Shown one piece after another: positions 28,003-36,870 of a stretch of DNA of 64,000 nt. Source of the stretch: an uncultured bacterium. Its GTDB lineage: Bacteria; Planctomycetota; GCA-002687715. The translations under genes were made by a program, and so were the position numbers. The first letter of the stretch is position 1. Every line of letters begins with the position of its first letter. The DNA is taken from the NCBI GenBank assembly GCA_902826835.1, contig CADEGH010000026.1, positions 4,868-68,867 of the forward strand, written 5' to 3'. The notes under the pieces are model-generated. The model was given only the letters and a program-made list of their open reading frames with translations, was not told the origin of the DNA and made no database searches.

Positions 28003-30177
28003 ATGAGGATTCACGGACGGTTGACTTGCCTGATTCTGGCCGTAATGAGCGGACTCTTCACCGGATGTGATTCCGAAGGCTCGCGCTTCGAGTCCTCAAC
28101 CAATGATGCCATTTTCCCGTGGCCGGCTCGGGTGAGCCCGATTCCGCCCGGATCCTACCCCGACGCGCGTTTCTTCGAGGATTTCACCGGAGACGGGCCC
28201 AAAGACAGCTTGGTTCAGGACGGGGACGGAAACCTCATCGTCTATATCCAAACCTCGCCAGGTCGGTTTTCCCCCGGGCCGGCCCATGACCTCGAATCCG
28301 AGGTCGGACTGGATCCAGCCATTTTGGCGGTCATTGACCTGCCCGGCGACTCGCTTCCCGACCTCGTCGTCGGCGGTTCCATCCAAGTCAGCTTCCTCAT
28401 GAACCTGGGGCAAGGACGTTTTGTCTCCGCCCTGGGGATGTTTGACTTGCCAGCGGACCCAGGGCGTTGGGGTAACGGCGACCTCGATGCGGACGGCCGC
28501 CGCGAGGCCTTGGTTACGGATGCAAATTTGACCGTGCGTTCGCTTTCTTTTTCTTCGGTTGGAGCGTTCCTGAATCAACCTTTGGTGTCCCTGAATCAGA
28601 CCTTCGCCACCCAGCCCCAAGGCCTGGACCTGGATGGCGACCAGAGCCTTGAACTCGTGCTCACGGTCGGCAGGTTTGAGAACCCGGCCTTCATCTTTCG
28701 GCGAGATTCGCAGGGCATATGGCTCGAGCAAGGTTCGGTCGGTTCCAACCTGCCCTCGACCTTCGGCGATTTGGACTCCGACGGCGACCAGGACCTGATC
28801 AGCACGCTCCTGGGAATTCTGAGGTGGCGCGAAAACCAGGCCGGGACTTTCGCGGAAGAGGTCGTCCTGGCCTCCTTCAACCAAGGAGTCGGCCAGCCGA
28901 TCGAGGATCCCATTAGCGGTGATTGGGATGGCAACGGCCTCATGGATGTGCTCAGTCCCACCACCGGGGAGGTGTTCCTCCAGCTTCCTAATTTCGAGTT
29001 CACCCGCACCTCGATCCCGACCATGGGAGGCCCTGGTGCGCTCGATGATCTGGATCATGACGGAACCGTGGATCTGATCACTTTCGACTACGACTCGATT
29101 CAAGCCCTATCCAACCAGGACTCCATTCCCCCCGACATCCTCGCGGCGAATGCCACATTCCGCAGGGTTGACTCCGCGGAGCTCGGGAGCGGCCTCATCC
29201 CGGGTTTGGTCGTGACTCGGATCGGGGACACCGGCCTGCAATCACGCATCGAGACCTATGCCTACGCCCAGGGAGCCTTCCTGATGGTGAGCGGACAGAA
29301 CCTCGACTCGTCGACTCCCGATATCCTCCTGGCGGTGCGAGACTTCAACGGAGACCGGATTTCCGACCTCCTCGTCATCACTCCCACCGGGGACCTGGGA
29401 GTTCATGTCGGTTTGAGCTCGGTGGGGTTTGCGGAGACTCCCATCGCCTCCCCCATCTTTGCGTCGAGGCCATTGGGCGTGGGCGACATCGATGGCGATG
29501 GCGACTTGGACCTGGTCTCCGCCCCGGGATCCGCCATCTTCCTCAACGATGGCAATGCCGGTTTTCAATCCGCGCCGGGGCCGAATTTCAATCCTTGGAT
29601 TACCTTCCACCAAGCCAACTTCCAGTACGACATCCGGGATTACGATCGGGATGGCATCACCGACATCGTCTATCTCGCCCCGCGATCCGACAGTCCCGGC
29701 ATCTTGGCGAGGGGGCTTGGCGGTTCGCCTCCGGCGTTCGGCCCGACTGAGCCACTCCGGCCGCTGACCACCGCGGAACAGCCTCGTCGATGGACGCTCT
29801 TTGACATGGACCAGGATGGAGATCCCGACTTCCTTGAGCGGGTCGAGGGCTTTTGGCTCGAGAACCTCGGGCCGAATCTCGCCACCGGCCCACGGATTCT
29901 CTTGCCTCCGAGTCTGCGCAATTCGGAGCTTTACCCCGCCGACCTGGATGGTGATGGTCGCAAAAACGATCTCTATGTGTACACCGGCGCGCACTACGAA
30001 GCCTGGTCCCTGACCGCCCTCGGCACCCTCAGTTTTCGCCATCGGACCCCCGACGGCCCTCGCAATCACCAGCTCCACCTCTTCGATGCGAACGCCGACG
30101 GCCTGGACGATCTCCTCACCCTCTCCATTTTCGAACTCCGCCTCCTCCTCAACTCCGGCCGCCTGAATCGTCACTGA
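28003..30177 (+). CDS. FG-GAP/VCBS repeat lipoprotein.
   Basis: The signal peptide and lipobox MRIHGRLTCLILAVMSGLFTGC begin at the ATG at 28003. Multiple FG-GAP-type repeats follow (FGDLDSDGDQDLI, GDWDGNGLMDVL, LDDLDHDGTVDLI, GDIDGDGDLDLV, DLDGDGRKNDL). Confidence 0.7.
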   Translation: MRIHGRLTCLILAVMSGLFTGCDSEGSRFESSTNDAIFPWPARVSPIPPGSYPDARFFEDFTGDGPKDSLVQDGDGNLIVYIQTSPGRFSPGPAHDLESEVGLDPAILAVIDLPGDSLPDLVVGGSIQVSFLMNLGQGRFVSALGMFDLPADPGRWGNGDLDADGRREALVTDANLTVRSLSFSSVGAFLNQPLVSLNQTFATQPQGLDLDGDQSLELVLTVGRFENPAFIFRRDSQGIWLEQGSVGSNLPSTFGDLDSDGDQDLISTLLGILRWRENQAGTFAEEVVLASFNQGVGQPIEDPISGDWDGNGLMDVLSPTTGEVFLQLPNFEFTRTSIPTMGGPGALDDLDHDGTVDLITFDYDSIQALSNQDSIPPDILAANATFRRVDSAELGSGLIPGLVVTRIGDTGLQSRIETYAYAQGAFLMVSGQNLDSSTPDILLAVRDFNGDRISDLLVITPTGDLGVHVGLSSVGFAETPIASPIFASRPLGVGDIDGDGDLDLVSAPGSAIFLNDGNAGFQSAPGPNFNPWITFHQANFQYDIRDYDRDGITDIVYLAPRSDSPGILARGLGGSPPAFGPTEPLRPLTTAEQPRRWTLFDMDQDGDPDFLERVEGFWLENLGPNLATGPRILLPPSLRNSELYPADLDGDGRKNDLYVYTGAHYEAWSLTALGTLSFRHRTPDGPRNHQLHLFDANADGLDDLLTLSIFELRLLLNSGRLNRH

Positions 30178-30199
30178 GTTGGTGTGACACCGGCCTCGG

Positions 30200-30229
30200 G
30201 CGCTCCACCCTCCCCTTCGGGCGGAGCGC
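30200..30229. terminator. Candidate terminator hairpin downstream of the FG-GAP lipoprotein gene.
   Basis: The sequence gcgctcc-(16 nt)-ggagcgc forms a 7-bp GC-rich stem about 23 nt after the stop at 30177, with no clear U-tract. Confidence 0.3.
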
Positions 30230-30310
30230 GCCTCGATCTCAAGCGGCTGGTATCATCGGCGTGGAAAGTCCCTCGACCTTCACCCCGCCGCCTCCGAGGA
30301 TCTCGCAGCC

Positions 30311-32260
30311 GTGTCCAACTCTCTTGATCTTGACCTGATCTTTCGCCGGGAAAGCGAGCAGGTGGAGTGGAAGAAGGGCGTGGCCGATATCGACGAAGTG
30401 GTCAAGACGCTCTCGGCGTTTGCCAACGACTTGGCCAACGTCGGGGGCGGTTACCTTGCCTGCGGGGTCGCGGAAGGAAAAGACGAGTACGGCTATGTCG
30501 TCGCCGACAAGGTCGGATTGACTCACTCAGAACTCGAGGAAATCAAAGGGAAAGTCCTCACGCGATGCCGCGACCTCGTTTCTCCGGCGATCACTCCCCA
30601 AGTTTTCGAGGTAGAAGCCAAGAGCCCAAGTCGACGCATACTGGTGTTTGTCCAGCCGACGACGCTGAAGGCGCACACTTTCACCAATCGGAAGGATGAA
30701 AAAGGCTGCTTCATCCGCAATGCCCGCGAGACCATTGAAGCGAAGAACGGAGTCCTCCTGGAGCTCCTGAGTCTGCGTGGGGAAGTTCCCCCTTGGGACC
30801 TCCAGCCAGTTGAAGCTGCCACCTCCAACGACATCGATCTCGTAGTCCTGCGGGAGGTACTCAACCGCATCAAGCGTGTTCCGGAGGACGCCAAAGTCGA
30901 CGTTTTTCTTTCCGACACCCGCCCGATCAACGCGCTTATTCCCCCTCTGATGGTCAAAGAACCACTGACGGGAATCCTACGACCTCGCCGTTTCGCGATA
31001 CTCCTGTTCGGTCGCGAGGTGCAGCGCTTCATCCCCTCCGCGGTGAGTCTCTACTCGGTTTATCCTGGTGTCGATCGCTCGGAATCCCACTCGGAGCGGC
31101 ACGAGATCATCGGGACAATCTTCGAGCAGGCCACGAAACTGCGATCTCTGCTCCAAACTCAATGCGTGACGCAGTTCGACAAAACCAACTTGGACCGCCC
31201 GAATTCCGTCCGTTACCCGGAACAAGCCTTGATCGAAGCCATGGTCAACGTGCTCGCTCACCGGGACTACCAGAACCCAAACCCGGTGCGCATCACCGCG
31301 TTCTCCGATCGGATTGAAATGCTGTCGCCCGGCGGCCTGCTCCGGGTCGTTCCGTCCGACGAGTTCTCACAAGGCAAGGCTCCCTCGACTTGGCGCTCCA
31401 CCGCCCTCGCCTGGTTCCTCAAGGAACTGCAGCTCGCCCAAGTCGAGGGCCAAGGCCTCCCCACCATCAAGCGTCGCCTTCAGGACAACGAGAACCCGGA
31501 GCCCACCTTTGAAGTCGGTCCCGAACACGTTCGCTACATTATTCCAGCCCGCCTCCCACAAAACGTTGATCACACCTACCAAACCATCCGCCGGCTCATT
31601 TTGATCGGAAACACGGACGAGGCCGTGGAAAAGCTCGATGTCACAATGCGCACTAGTGGCATTAACTCAGAGGCCCTTCGACTCTTTGAGAAACTCAGCC
31701 GCTCGATGAATGCAAAAAGCGTTGCTCGGCATGCTCGAAGGGCCCTGGACCATTTTCGCGGGAATTCTATAAATCCCAGAATTGCTCCTGATGAGCTACT
31801 ATGCGTAGTTGCAGCCATTCGGAATAGGAAGACTACCAATTCCTCACTTCGCGAGCTCAGCCGACAACTGGTTGAAGATGCTCGCCGATCAGTGAGTAGC
31901 GCTTCGGAAGCCATCGCGTTCCTGGAGAAATATGGAACTATCCACCCTATTGATGCCGAAGAGACCGCCTTCCTCCTGGAGAAACGATTTCCCTCGCTAA
32001 TCGGTATGCCCGAATACCACGTTACGATACTCAAGATTGCGGTCGAGTCTGCGAAGGTCATGGTCACGACGATACACAGCCATGGGATAGACGCGAAGGA
32101 CCGGTCTGCCGCCACCGCAGAAGCTGAAGTTGTACTTGCGCGCATTTCCAACATGCTGGAATCGGCGGAATCGTGGAGTAGAGACCAGAGGTTCAAGGAA
32201 CTTGCCGACTCGATTAGGCAAGAGTATTCCAATTTGAGGAAACGTCTGGGGAAGGAATGA
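30311..32260 (+). CDS. AlbA_2 (divergent AAA / putative DNA-binding) plus HATPase_c_4 domain protein, Schlafen-like; usually annotated as a RecG-like transcriptional regulator.
   Basis: An N-terminal AlbA_2 signature (ESEQVEWKKG...LSAFANDLANVGGGYLACGVAEG) and a HATPase_c_4 signature (EAMVNVLAHRDYQNPNPVRITAFSDRIEMLSPGGL) are present. The start is GTG at 30311. The gene, and especially its 3' third (about 31550-32300), is clearly more AT-rich than its surroundings. Confidence 0.8.
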   Translation: MSNSLDLDLIFRRESEQVEWKKGVADIDEVVKTLSAFANDLANVGGGYLACGVAEGKDEYGYVVADKVGLTHSELEEIKGKVLTRCRDLVSPAITPQVFEVEAKSPSRRILVFVQPTTLKAHTFTNRKDEKGCFIRNARETIEAKNGVLLELLSLRGEVPPWDLQPVEAATSNDIDLVVLREVLNRIKRVPEDAKVDVFLSDTRPINALIPPLMVKEPLTGILRPRRFAILLFGREVQRFIPSAVSLYSVYPGVDRSESHSERHEIIGTIFEQATKLRSLLQTQCVTQFDKTNLDRPNSVRYPEQALIEAMVNVLAHRDYQNPNPVRITAFSDRIEMLSPGGLLRVVPSDEFSQGKAPSTWRSTALAWFLKELQLAQVEGQGLPTIKRRLQDNENPEPTFEVGPEHVRYIIPARLPQNVDHTYQTIRRLILIGNTDEAVEKLDVTMRTSGINSEALRLFEKLSRSMNAKSVARHARRALDHFRGNSINPRIAPDELLCVVAAIRNRKTTNSSLRELSRQLVEDARRSVSSASEAIAFLEKYGTIHPIDAEETAFLLEKRFPSLIGMPEYHVTILKIAVESAKVMVTTIHSHGIDAKDRSAATAEAEVVLARISNMLESAESWSRDQRFKELADSIRQEYSNLRKRLGKE

Positions 32261-32435
32261 CTCTTCCAGAGAAAGGATCGTTCTCGCCCCGACCACGATT
32301 CATAGCCTATTCAAATTATCTTGGAACCATCATGCAGTTTCTATGAGCGGCGGGTACGCCGGACCGGACGTTGGCCCGCGGTACCGCCCGTGAACCAACG
32401 CTCGCCACTGGTGCATTTCCGAATGGGCTCGAACC

Positions 32436-34082
32436 TCAGAAGCTCTGCCAGTCGTAGCCGAAGCCGGCGTTTTGGGTGAAGACGATGCTGAAGAGGCCCA
32501 TGGTCAGGGTGCCGGCGGCTCCAAAGCTGTAGTGCGGGGTGATGGAGTTGGCCCCGGCTGCCGAGTTGGGGGGAGCGAAGTTGAGTCCGCCGGGATTGGA
32601 GGCGTTGGAACCCGGGGAAAGCCCGACCAACGAGTTGGCGCTGGTGGGGTGGACCTGCAATCCGTTCAGTCCCCCGAGCGTGATCGAATTGGCACTGGTG
32701 TCGAACTCGATGCTGAAGGTGTTGGCCGTGGTCGGCTGGCCGACGTAGGGAACACCCACATAGTCGATGCGCAGATTGTTCGGGCTGCTTGAAGTGACGC
32801 TGATCGTGCCCCCCAGCGCCTGATTGAGATCGCACCAATTCCCGACGAAGGGCGGATTACTGAGCACCGATGTCACTCCCGGGGTGGCCGAGGCGCTCCC
32901 GGTCCCGAAGGTCACGCGACCGTTCGTGGAGACAAAAATGCTCGAGTAGGTGACTCCATAGAATTGAATGGAGGAAGGGCCACAAAGTGGAGGCGCTCCG
33001 AGGACGATCTCAGTGAAGGCGTCGTTGGTCACGGGCCCGGAGATCGATCCCACGTTCTGGAATCTGAGTTCAGCTCCCGAGCTCAAGCGCGCTCCATCCG
33101 GCTGAGTAGCGTCCAGGATCACGAACTGCCCTGCCACCGTGAAGGGAGGCAAGGCGGAGAGCGGCACCGAGAAATTTCCCGGGAAGGGTGGGAAGGTGAA
33201 GCCGTTGAGTATGAGGAGGGTCGGTGATCCCAAGTTCACGTTGACGATTTGGCCGGCGGATCCGAACGAGAATCCGCCTCCACCCAAGGGCACCAGGCCG
33301 CTGCCCAAATCCGCCACCAAATCCCAGCCGTTGCCGGTGAGAGGGCTCGAGACATTGGCGTTGACCGGGCCCGGTCCGCAAGACGTCGCGACTGCCGGAT
33401 CGCAGGCCTGTCCGACCACCCCTCCAAAGTCGAACGCCGCGCTGGCTTGGTTGAGTTGGTACGTAGGGATCCCGCCGCTGAACGTGAGCCTGGCCTTCAT
33501 GGCCGCGGGGGCAAAAGACGTCGCGACTTGATTCGTGGCATTGAAGGTGCCGACACCGTAGCGGACGTTTGTGCTCGTCGTACGCGCGGTGAATCCGCCC
33601 GTCACGCTGGCGGTGGCATTCGTCCAAATCACGCCGATGTCCGAGACTCCATCCCACACAAAACTCCCGGCCGCAAAACCCGGCAGCGAGCTCCACTGAT
33701 TGATCCCGTAGGAGAAACTGAGCGGGCCGTTGACCGTGGTATCCCAGATGGTGACCGGACTCGCGAGGTTGGTCGTCCACTGACCGGCGATCGGCGGGGC
33801 CACACTGAGATGACCGACCTGGACGATCGAGTTGTTGCCCGTGAACAGGCCACTGGCCGCGGGCGCCACCGCGAAGTCGGTGAGAGCGTCGCCCGGGCAG
33901 GCCCCCTGGGAGCGCAACTGCGAAGCCAGGTAGACATGCAGCGAAGTGTAATTCTGAAAACTGAACGGGATGGCATTCGCGTTTCCATTGGCGGGGTTGT
34001 TGTCGTCGATGTAGACCACCGCCTGACCCAGGCCCAGGCCAGCAAGGAGACAAGTCGTCACGAGGGGACCAAGGAGGCGCAT
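32436..34082 (-). CDS. Secreted Gly/Thr/Ser-rich hypothetical protein whose C-terminus ends in aromatic residues (...GFGYDWQSF).
   Basis: A signal peptide (MRLLGPLVTTCLLAGLGLGQA) begins at the internal ATG near 34082. The track ORF 32436..34265 begins with a TTG further upstream. Confidence 0.6.
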   Translation of the reverse strand: MRLLGPLVTTCLLAGLGLGQAVVYIDDNNPANGNANAIPFSFQNYTSLHVYLASQLRSQGACPGDALTDFAVAPAASGLFTGNNSIVQVGHLSVAPPIAGQWTTNLASPVTIWDTTVNGPLSFSYGINQWSSLPGFAAGSFVWDGVSDIGVIWTNATASVTGGFTARTTSTNVRYGVGTFNATNQVATSFAPAAMKARLTFSGGIPTYQLNQASAAFDFGGVVGQACDPAVATSCGPGPVNANVSSPLTGNGWDLVADLGSGLVPLGGGGFSFGSAGQIVNVNLGSPTLLILNGFTFPPFPGNFSVPLSALPPFTVAGQFVILDATQPDGARLSSGAELRFQNVGSISGPVTNDAFTEIVLGAPPLCGPSSIQFYGVTYSSIFVSTNGRVTFGTGSASATPGVTSVLSNPPFVGNWCDLNQALGGTISVTSSSPNNLRIDYVGVPYVGQPTTANTFSIEFDTSANSITLGGLNGLQVHPTSANSLVGLSPGSNASNPGGLNFAPPNSAAGANSITPHYSFGAAGTLTMGLFSIVFTQNAGFGYDWQSF

Positions 34083-34247
34083 CACATCACTCCGGCGGGA
34101 TTCAAAGGGCAGTTGGGTGAGGGATGAGGGTAACCAACGCCCTCTGCGGAAAGGGCCGAATCCAAGCCGAATGGGCGGGTTTTCGGTTTTCATTCCGGAC
34201 GAACCGAGGGAGCCCCCGGGTCCTGGCCCACTTACCATGCCTGCGCC

Positions 34248-36014
34248 ATGACTGAATCCAGCCAACCGGGCCGCCGGAGTTCCGAGACGACGGCGTCCGG
34301 GCGCGGACTATCCCTCCTGGTCGATCCACCGCCGGCCTCTTTCCTGCGGCGGGAGTGGCCCCTGCTCAGCATCGTGGTGGTCAGCCTCGTCGCCGCGGGG
34401 GTTCTCTTCGCTCGCAACCTGCTTGCCGCCGAACGGGCAATTCAGACCATCCTGAGGGTCGAAGAACCGGCCGCCGCCGCCGCCGTGGAGATGGAAGTCA
34501 ACCTCCTCGAACTCGGCCTCGACACTTGGAAGTTCCTCGCGACCGAGGACCCGCGCCACCAGGCTCGAGCCGCCATCAATCGAGAGAGCTTCCTCTCGGC
34601 TCAGGCGCAATACCTCGCATTGGCCCCCGACGCGGCCTGGCACGAGTCAGTGAGTGAGCTCTTCGGCCAGTTCTCGAGGCTCTCCACCGAACTCTTCGAA
34701 CTCCAAATCGTCTGGAGAGACATAGTCCGTCGCGTGAACGCCAGCTTCGACCAAGTCGATCACATCCTGGATCGCACGCTCCAACCGAGCTTGGATCCCC
34801 AAGACCAGGCCGACTCCCGCATCTACCTCGCCTCGGCGGCGCTCGAGGCCGACGTGGCCGAAGTGGTTTCCGCCCTCAACGCCTACATGGTCGATCCGAA
34901 TCAAGGCAGCCACGACGAAATTCTCGAGGCCATGGCGGAGTGCGAGACCGAGTTCCAAGTGGTGTCTTCCCTGAGTGCCGACGGACTGCAGCGTCGATGT
35001 GCGGAGGATATGCACCAGTTCATTCGGGAGGGAGCCGCCCTTCTGCCGCAAGCGATCGGGGTGCACCAGACGCTGCGCTTGCGCGAACAATCGTTCCTGG
35101 AGCTTCGGCAGCAGGTCGAAGACCTGCTGGACTCCAAAGTGCAAATCGCGGCTCGCGGGCTCCTCGCTAGCTCCTCCGAAGCCCTGGTCGGAAAAGTCGA
35201 CCGTCTGCGGAGTTCGAGCATGACGATTCTCGCCATTTGCGCCGCCGCGACCCTGCTCGCGACGGCCCTGCTGGCCGTTCGGTCGTCGCGCCTTCGCCGC
35301 CTCAATAGTGCGTTGGCGGTCGAAAACAGCCGGAGACGTGAAGCAGAGTTGGCCAAGAACCGGCTCCTTTCCGCGCTCTTGAGCGTAGAGGAAAAGGAGC
35401 GCCAGCGTCTCGCCCGAGATCTACACGACGAACTGGGTCAGGATTTGGTGGCCATGAACCTCGAGCTCGCACGGCTCACCGATGCTTCGACGCCCGAGGT
35501 TCGATCTGCCATCGGCTCCAGTCTGCGCGAGCTGACGGCTCGGCTCATGCGTCACACCAAATCGTTGGCGTGGGAACTGCGTCCAGCCGCCCTCGACGAC
35601 TTGGGGCTCGAGGGGGCTCTCGGTCAGCACGTCCAGGAATGGTCGAAGCGAACGGGTATCGAAGCCGATTTCGAATGCCGACTGCCTGGCCCTCGCTTCC
35701 GGGAGGAGATCGAGAGCACCGCGTATCGCATCACTCAGGAGGCCCTCACCAACGTTGCCAAACACGCCCACGCCAGTCATGCCAGCATTACCGCGATCCA
35801 AGACGCGAGTGGCCTCACCGTGGTGGTCGAAGACGACGGTCGTGGATTCGAGCTCGCGTCGAAACTCACCGAGGAAGGTCAGGGACGCGCAACCCTGGGC
35901 TTGCGCGGAATGCAAGAGCGCGCCGCCTTGGTCGGTGGATCCGTCACTTTCGAGGCATCGCCTGGTCGAGGTACGTCGGTATTCGTACGGTTGCCGACTC
36001 ACCCCACGAGCTGA
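34248..36014 (+). CDS. Sensor histidine kinase, HisKA_3 type (the NarX/DesK-like partner of NarL-family regulators).
   Basis: An N-terminal TM segment (WPLLSIVVVSLVAAGVLFARNLL) and a coiled-coil sensor region are followed by a HisKA_3 H-box (ERQRLARDLHDELGQDLVAM) and an HATPase_c domain (EALTNVAKHA...GLRGMQERAALVGGSVTFEASPGRGTSVFVRLP). Confidence 0.85.
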   Translation: MTESSQPGRRSSETTASGRGLSLLVDPPPASFLRREWPLLSIVVVSLVAAGVLFARNLLAAERAIQTILRVEEPAAAAAVEMEVNLLELGLDTWKFLATEDPRHQARAAINRESFLSAQAQYLALAPDAAWHESVSELFGQFSRLSTELFELQIVWRDIVRRVNASFDQVDHILDRTLQPSLDPQDQADSRIYLASAALEADVAEVVSALNAYMVDPNQGSHDEILEAMAECETEFQVVSSLSADGLQRRCAEDMHQFIREGAALLPQAIGVHQTLRLREQSFLELRQQVEDLLDSKVQIAARGLLASSSEALVGKVDRLRSSSMTILAICAAATLLATALLAVRSSRLRRLNSALAVENSRRREAELAKNRLLSALLSVEEKERQRLARDLHDELGQDLVAMNLELARLTDASTPEVRSAIGSSLRELTARLMRHTKSLAWELRPAALDDLGLEGALGQHVQEWSKRTGIEADFECRLPGPRFREEIESTAYRITQEALTNVAKHAHASHASITAIQDASGLTVVVEDDGRGFELASKLTEEGQGRATLGLRGMQERAALVGGSVTFEASPGRGTSVFVRLPTHPTS

Positions 36015-36016
36015 CC

Positions 36017-36673
36017 ATGGACTCCGCGACACCTCGAATCAAAGTCCTCCTCGTCGACGATCACGCTCTCTTTCGACAGGGGATTCGATCCCTCCTGGAG
36101 CGCTCGGGGGAGTACGAAATTGTCGGAGAATACCCGGACGGACAAACCGCCTTGGCGCACCTCGAATCGGTGCATCCCGACATTCTCTTGGTCGACATTT
36201 CCATGCCTGGTCTGAATGGTCTCGAATTGACAAAACGCCTGGTGACCAAGGGCTTCGCGTCCCCGATTCTTGTTCTCACGGCCTACGACGATTCCGCCTA
36301 CATTCGAGAGGTCATGGCGAGTGGAGCCCGGGGATACTTGCTCAAACAATCCGCCGCCGAAGATCTGCACCACGCCATTCGCAAGGTGTTGAGAGGAGAG
36401 GTCTACCTGGGTCCGGGAGTGGCGGAAAAGGTCATGAAGACGACTCCCTCCAAGCGGGGATCGAGCGCGGCCAAGAACCGCGCCGAGATCACGCCGCGGG
36501 AGCGCGAAGTCCTGATCGAAGTCGCCCGCGGGCTCTCGAACAAGGAGATCGCCGCCCGTCTCGAAATCAGCATCAAGACGGTGGAAGTCCACAAGTCAAA
36601 TTTCATGAGCAAGCTCGAGGTGCAATCCCGCGCCGAAGTTTTCCGCTTCGCGATGGAACGAGGCTGGCTCTGA
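36017..36673 (+). CDS. Response regulator, NarL/LuxR family (REC plus HTH_LuxR).
   Basis: A REC domain (KVLLVDDHALFRQGIRSLL...ILLVDISMPGLNGLE) is followed by a LuxR-type helix-turn-helix (ITPREREVLIEVARGLSNKEIAARLEISIKTVEVHKSNFMSKL). The ATG lies 2 nt after the kinase stop. Confidence 0.9.
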   Translation: MDSATPRIKVLLVDDHALFRQGIRSLLERSGEYEIVGEYPDGQTALAHLESVHPDILLVDISMPGLNGLELTKRLVTKGFASPILVLTAYDDSAYIREVMASGARGYLLKQSAAEDLHHAIRKVLRGEVYLGPGVAEKVMKTTPSKRGSSAAKNRAEITPREREVLIEVARGLSNKEIAARLEISIKTVEVHKSNFMSKLEVQSRAEVFRFAMERGWL

Positions 36674-36684
36674 GGCCCGTTCAA

Positions 36685-36705
36685 GACAGGTTCTGTCATT
36701 GACAG
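36685..36705. promoter_or_regulatory. Nested perfect palindromes GACAG-gtt-CTGTC-at-TGACAG immediately downstream of the response regulator gene.
   Basis: The stretch gacaggttctgtcattgacag contains CTGTCAtTGACAG (6-1-6) overlapping GACAGgttCTGTC (5-3-5). This is a candidate operator, for example for the adjacent LuxR-family regulator, or a short terminator stem. Confidence 0.3.
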
Positions 36706-36870
36706 CGCCTTTGTTCGAGTTTGGTCGGGTCCTCCGCACTGCGCACCCCTAGGGGTCAGGGTGAATTGCCCAATGGTCGCCGCCCCCGGTTGCGGCCAAA
36801 CTTCCCCTGTCTCTCGTTCCTCGCGAGTTTCGCGGAGCGCGGAACTCGAAACGAGAGCAGGAGTTCACCC

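Noticed and set aside
32261-32435. Possible terminator between convergent genes (gcgggtacgccgg...ccgcggtaccgcccg)
   Set aside because: The inverted repeat is imperfect (gcgggtac versus gtaccgcc), and no stable stem could be confirmed by eye.
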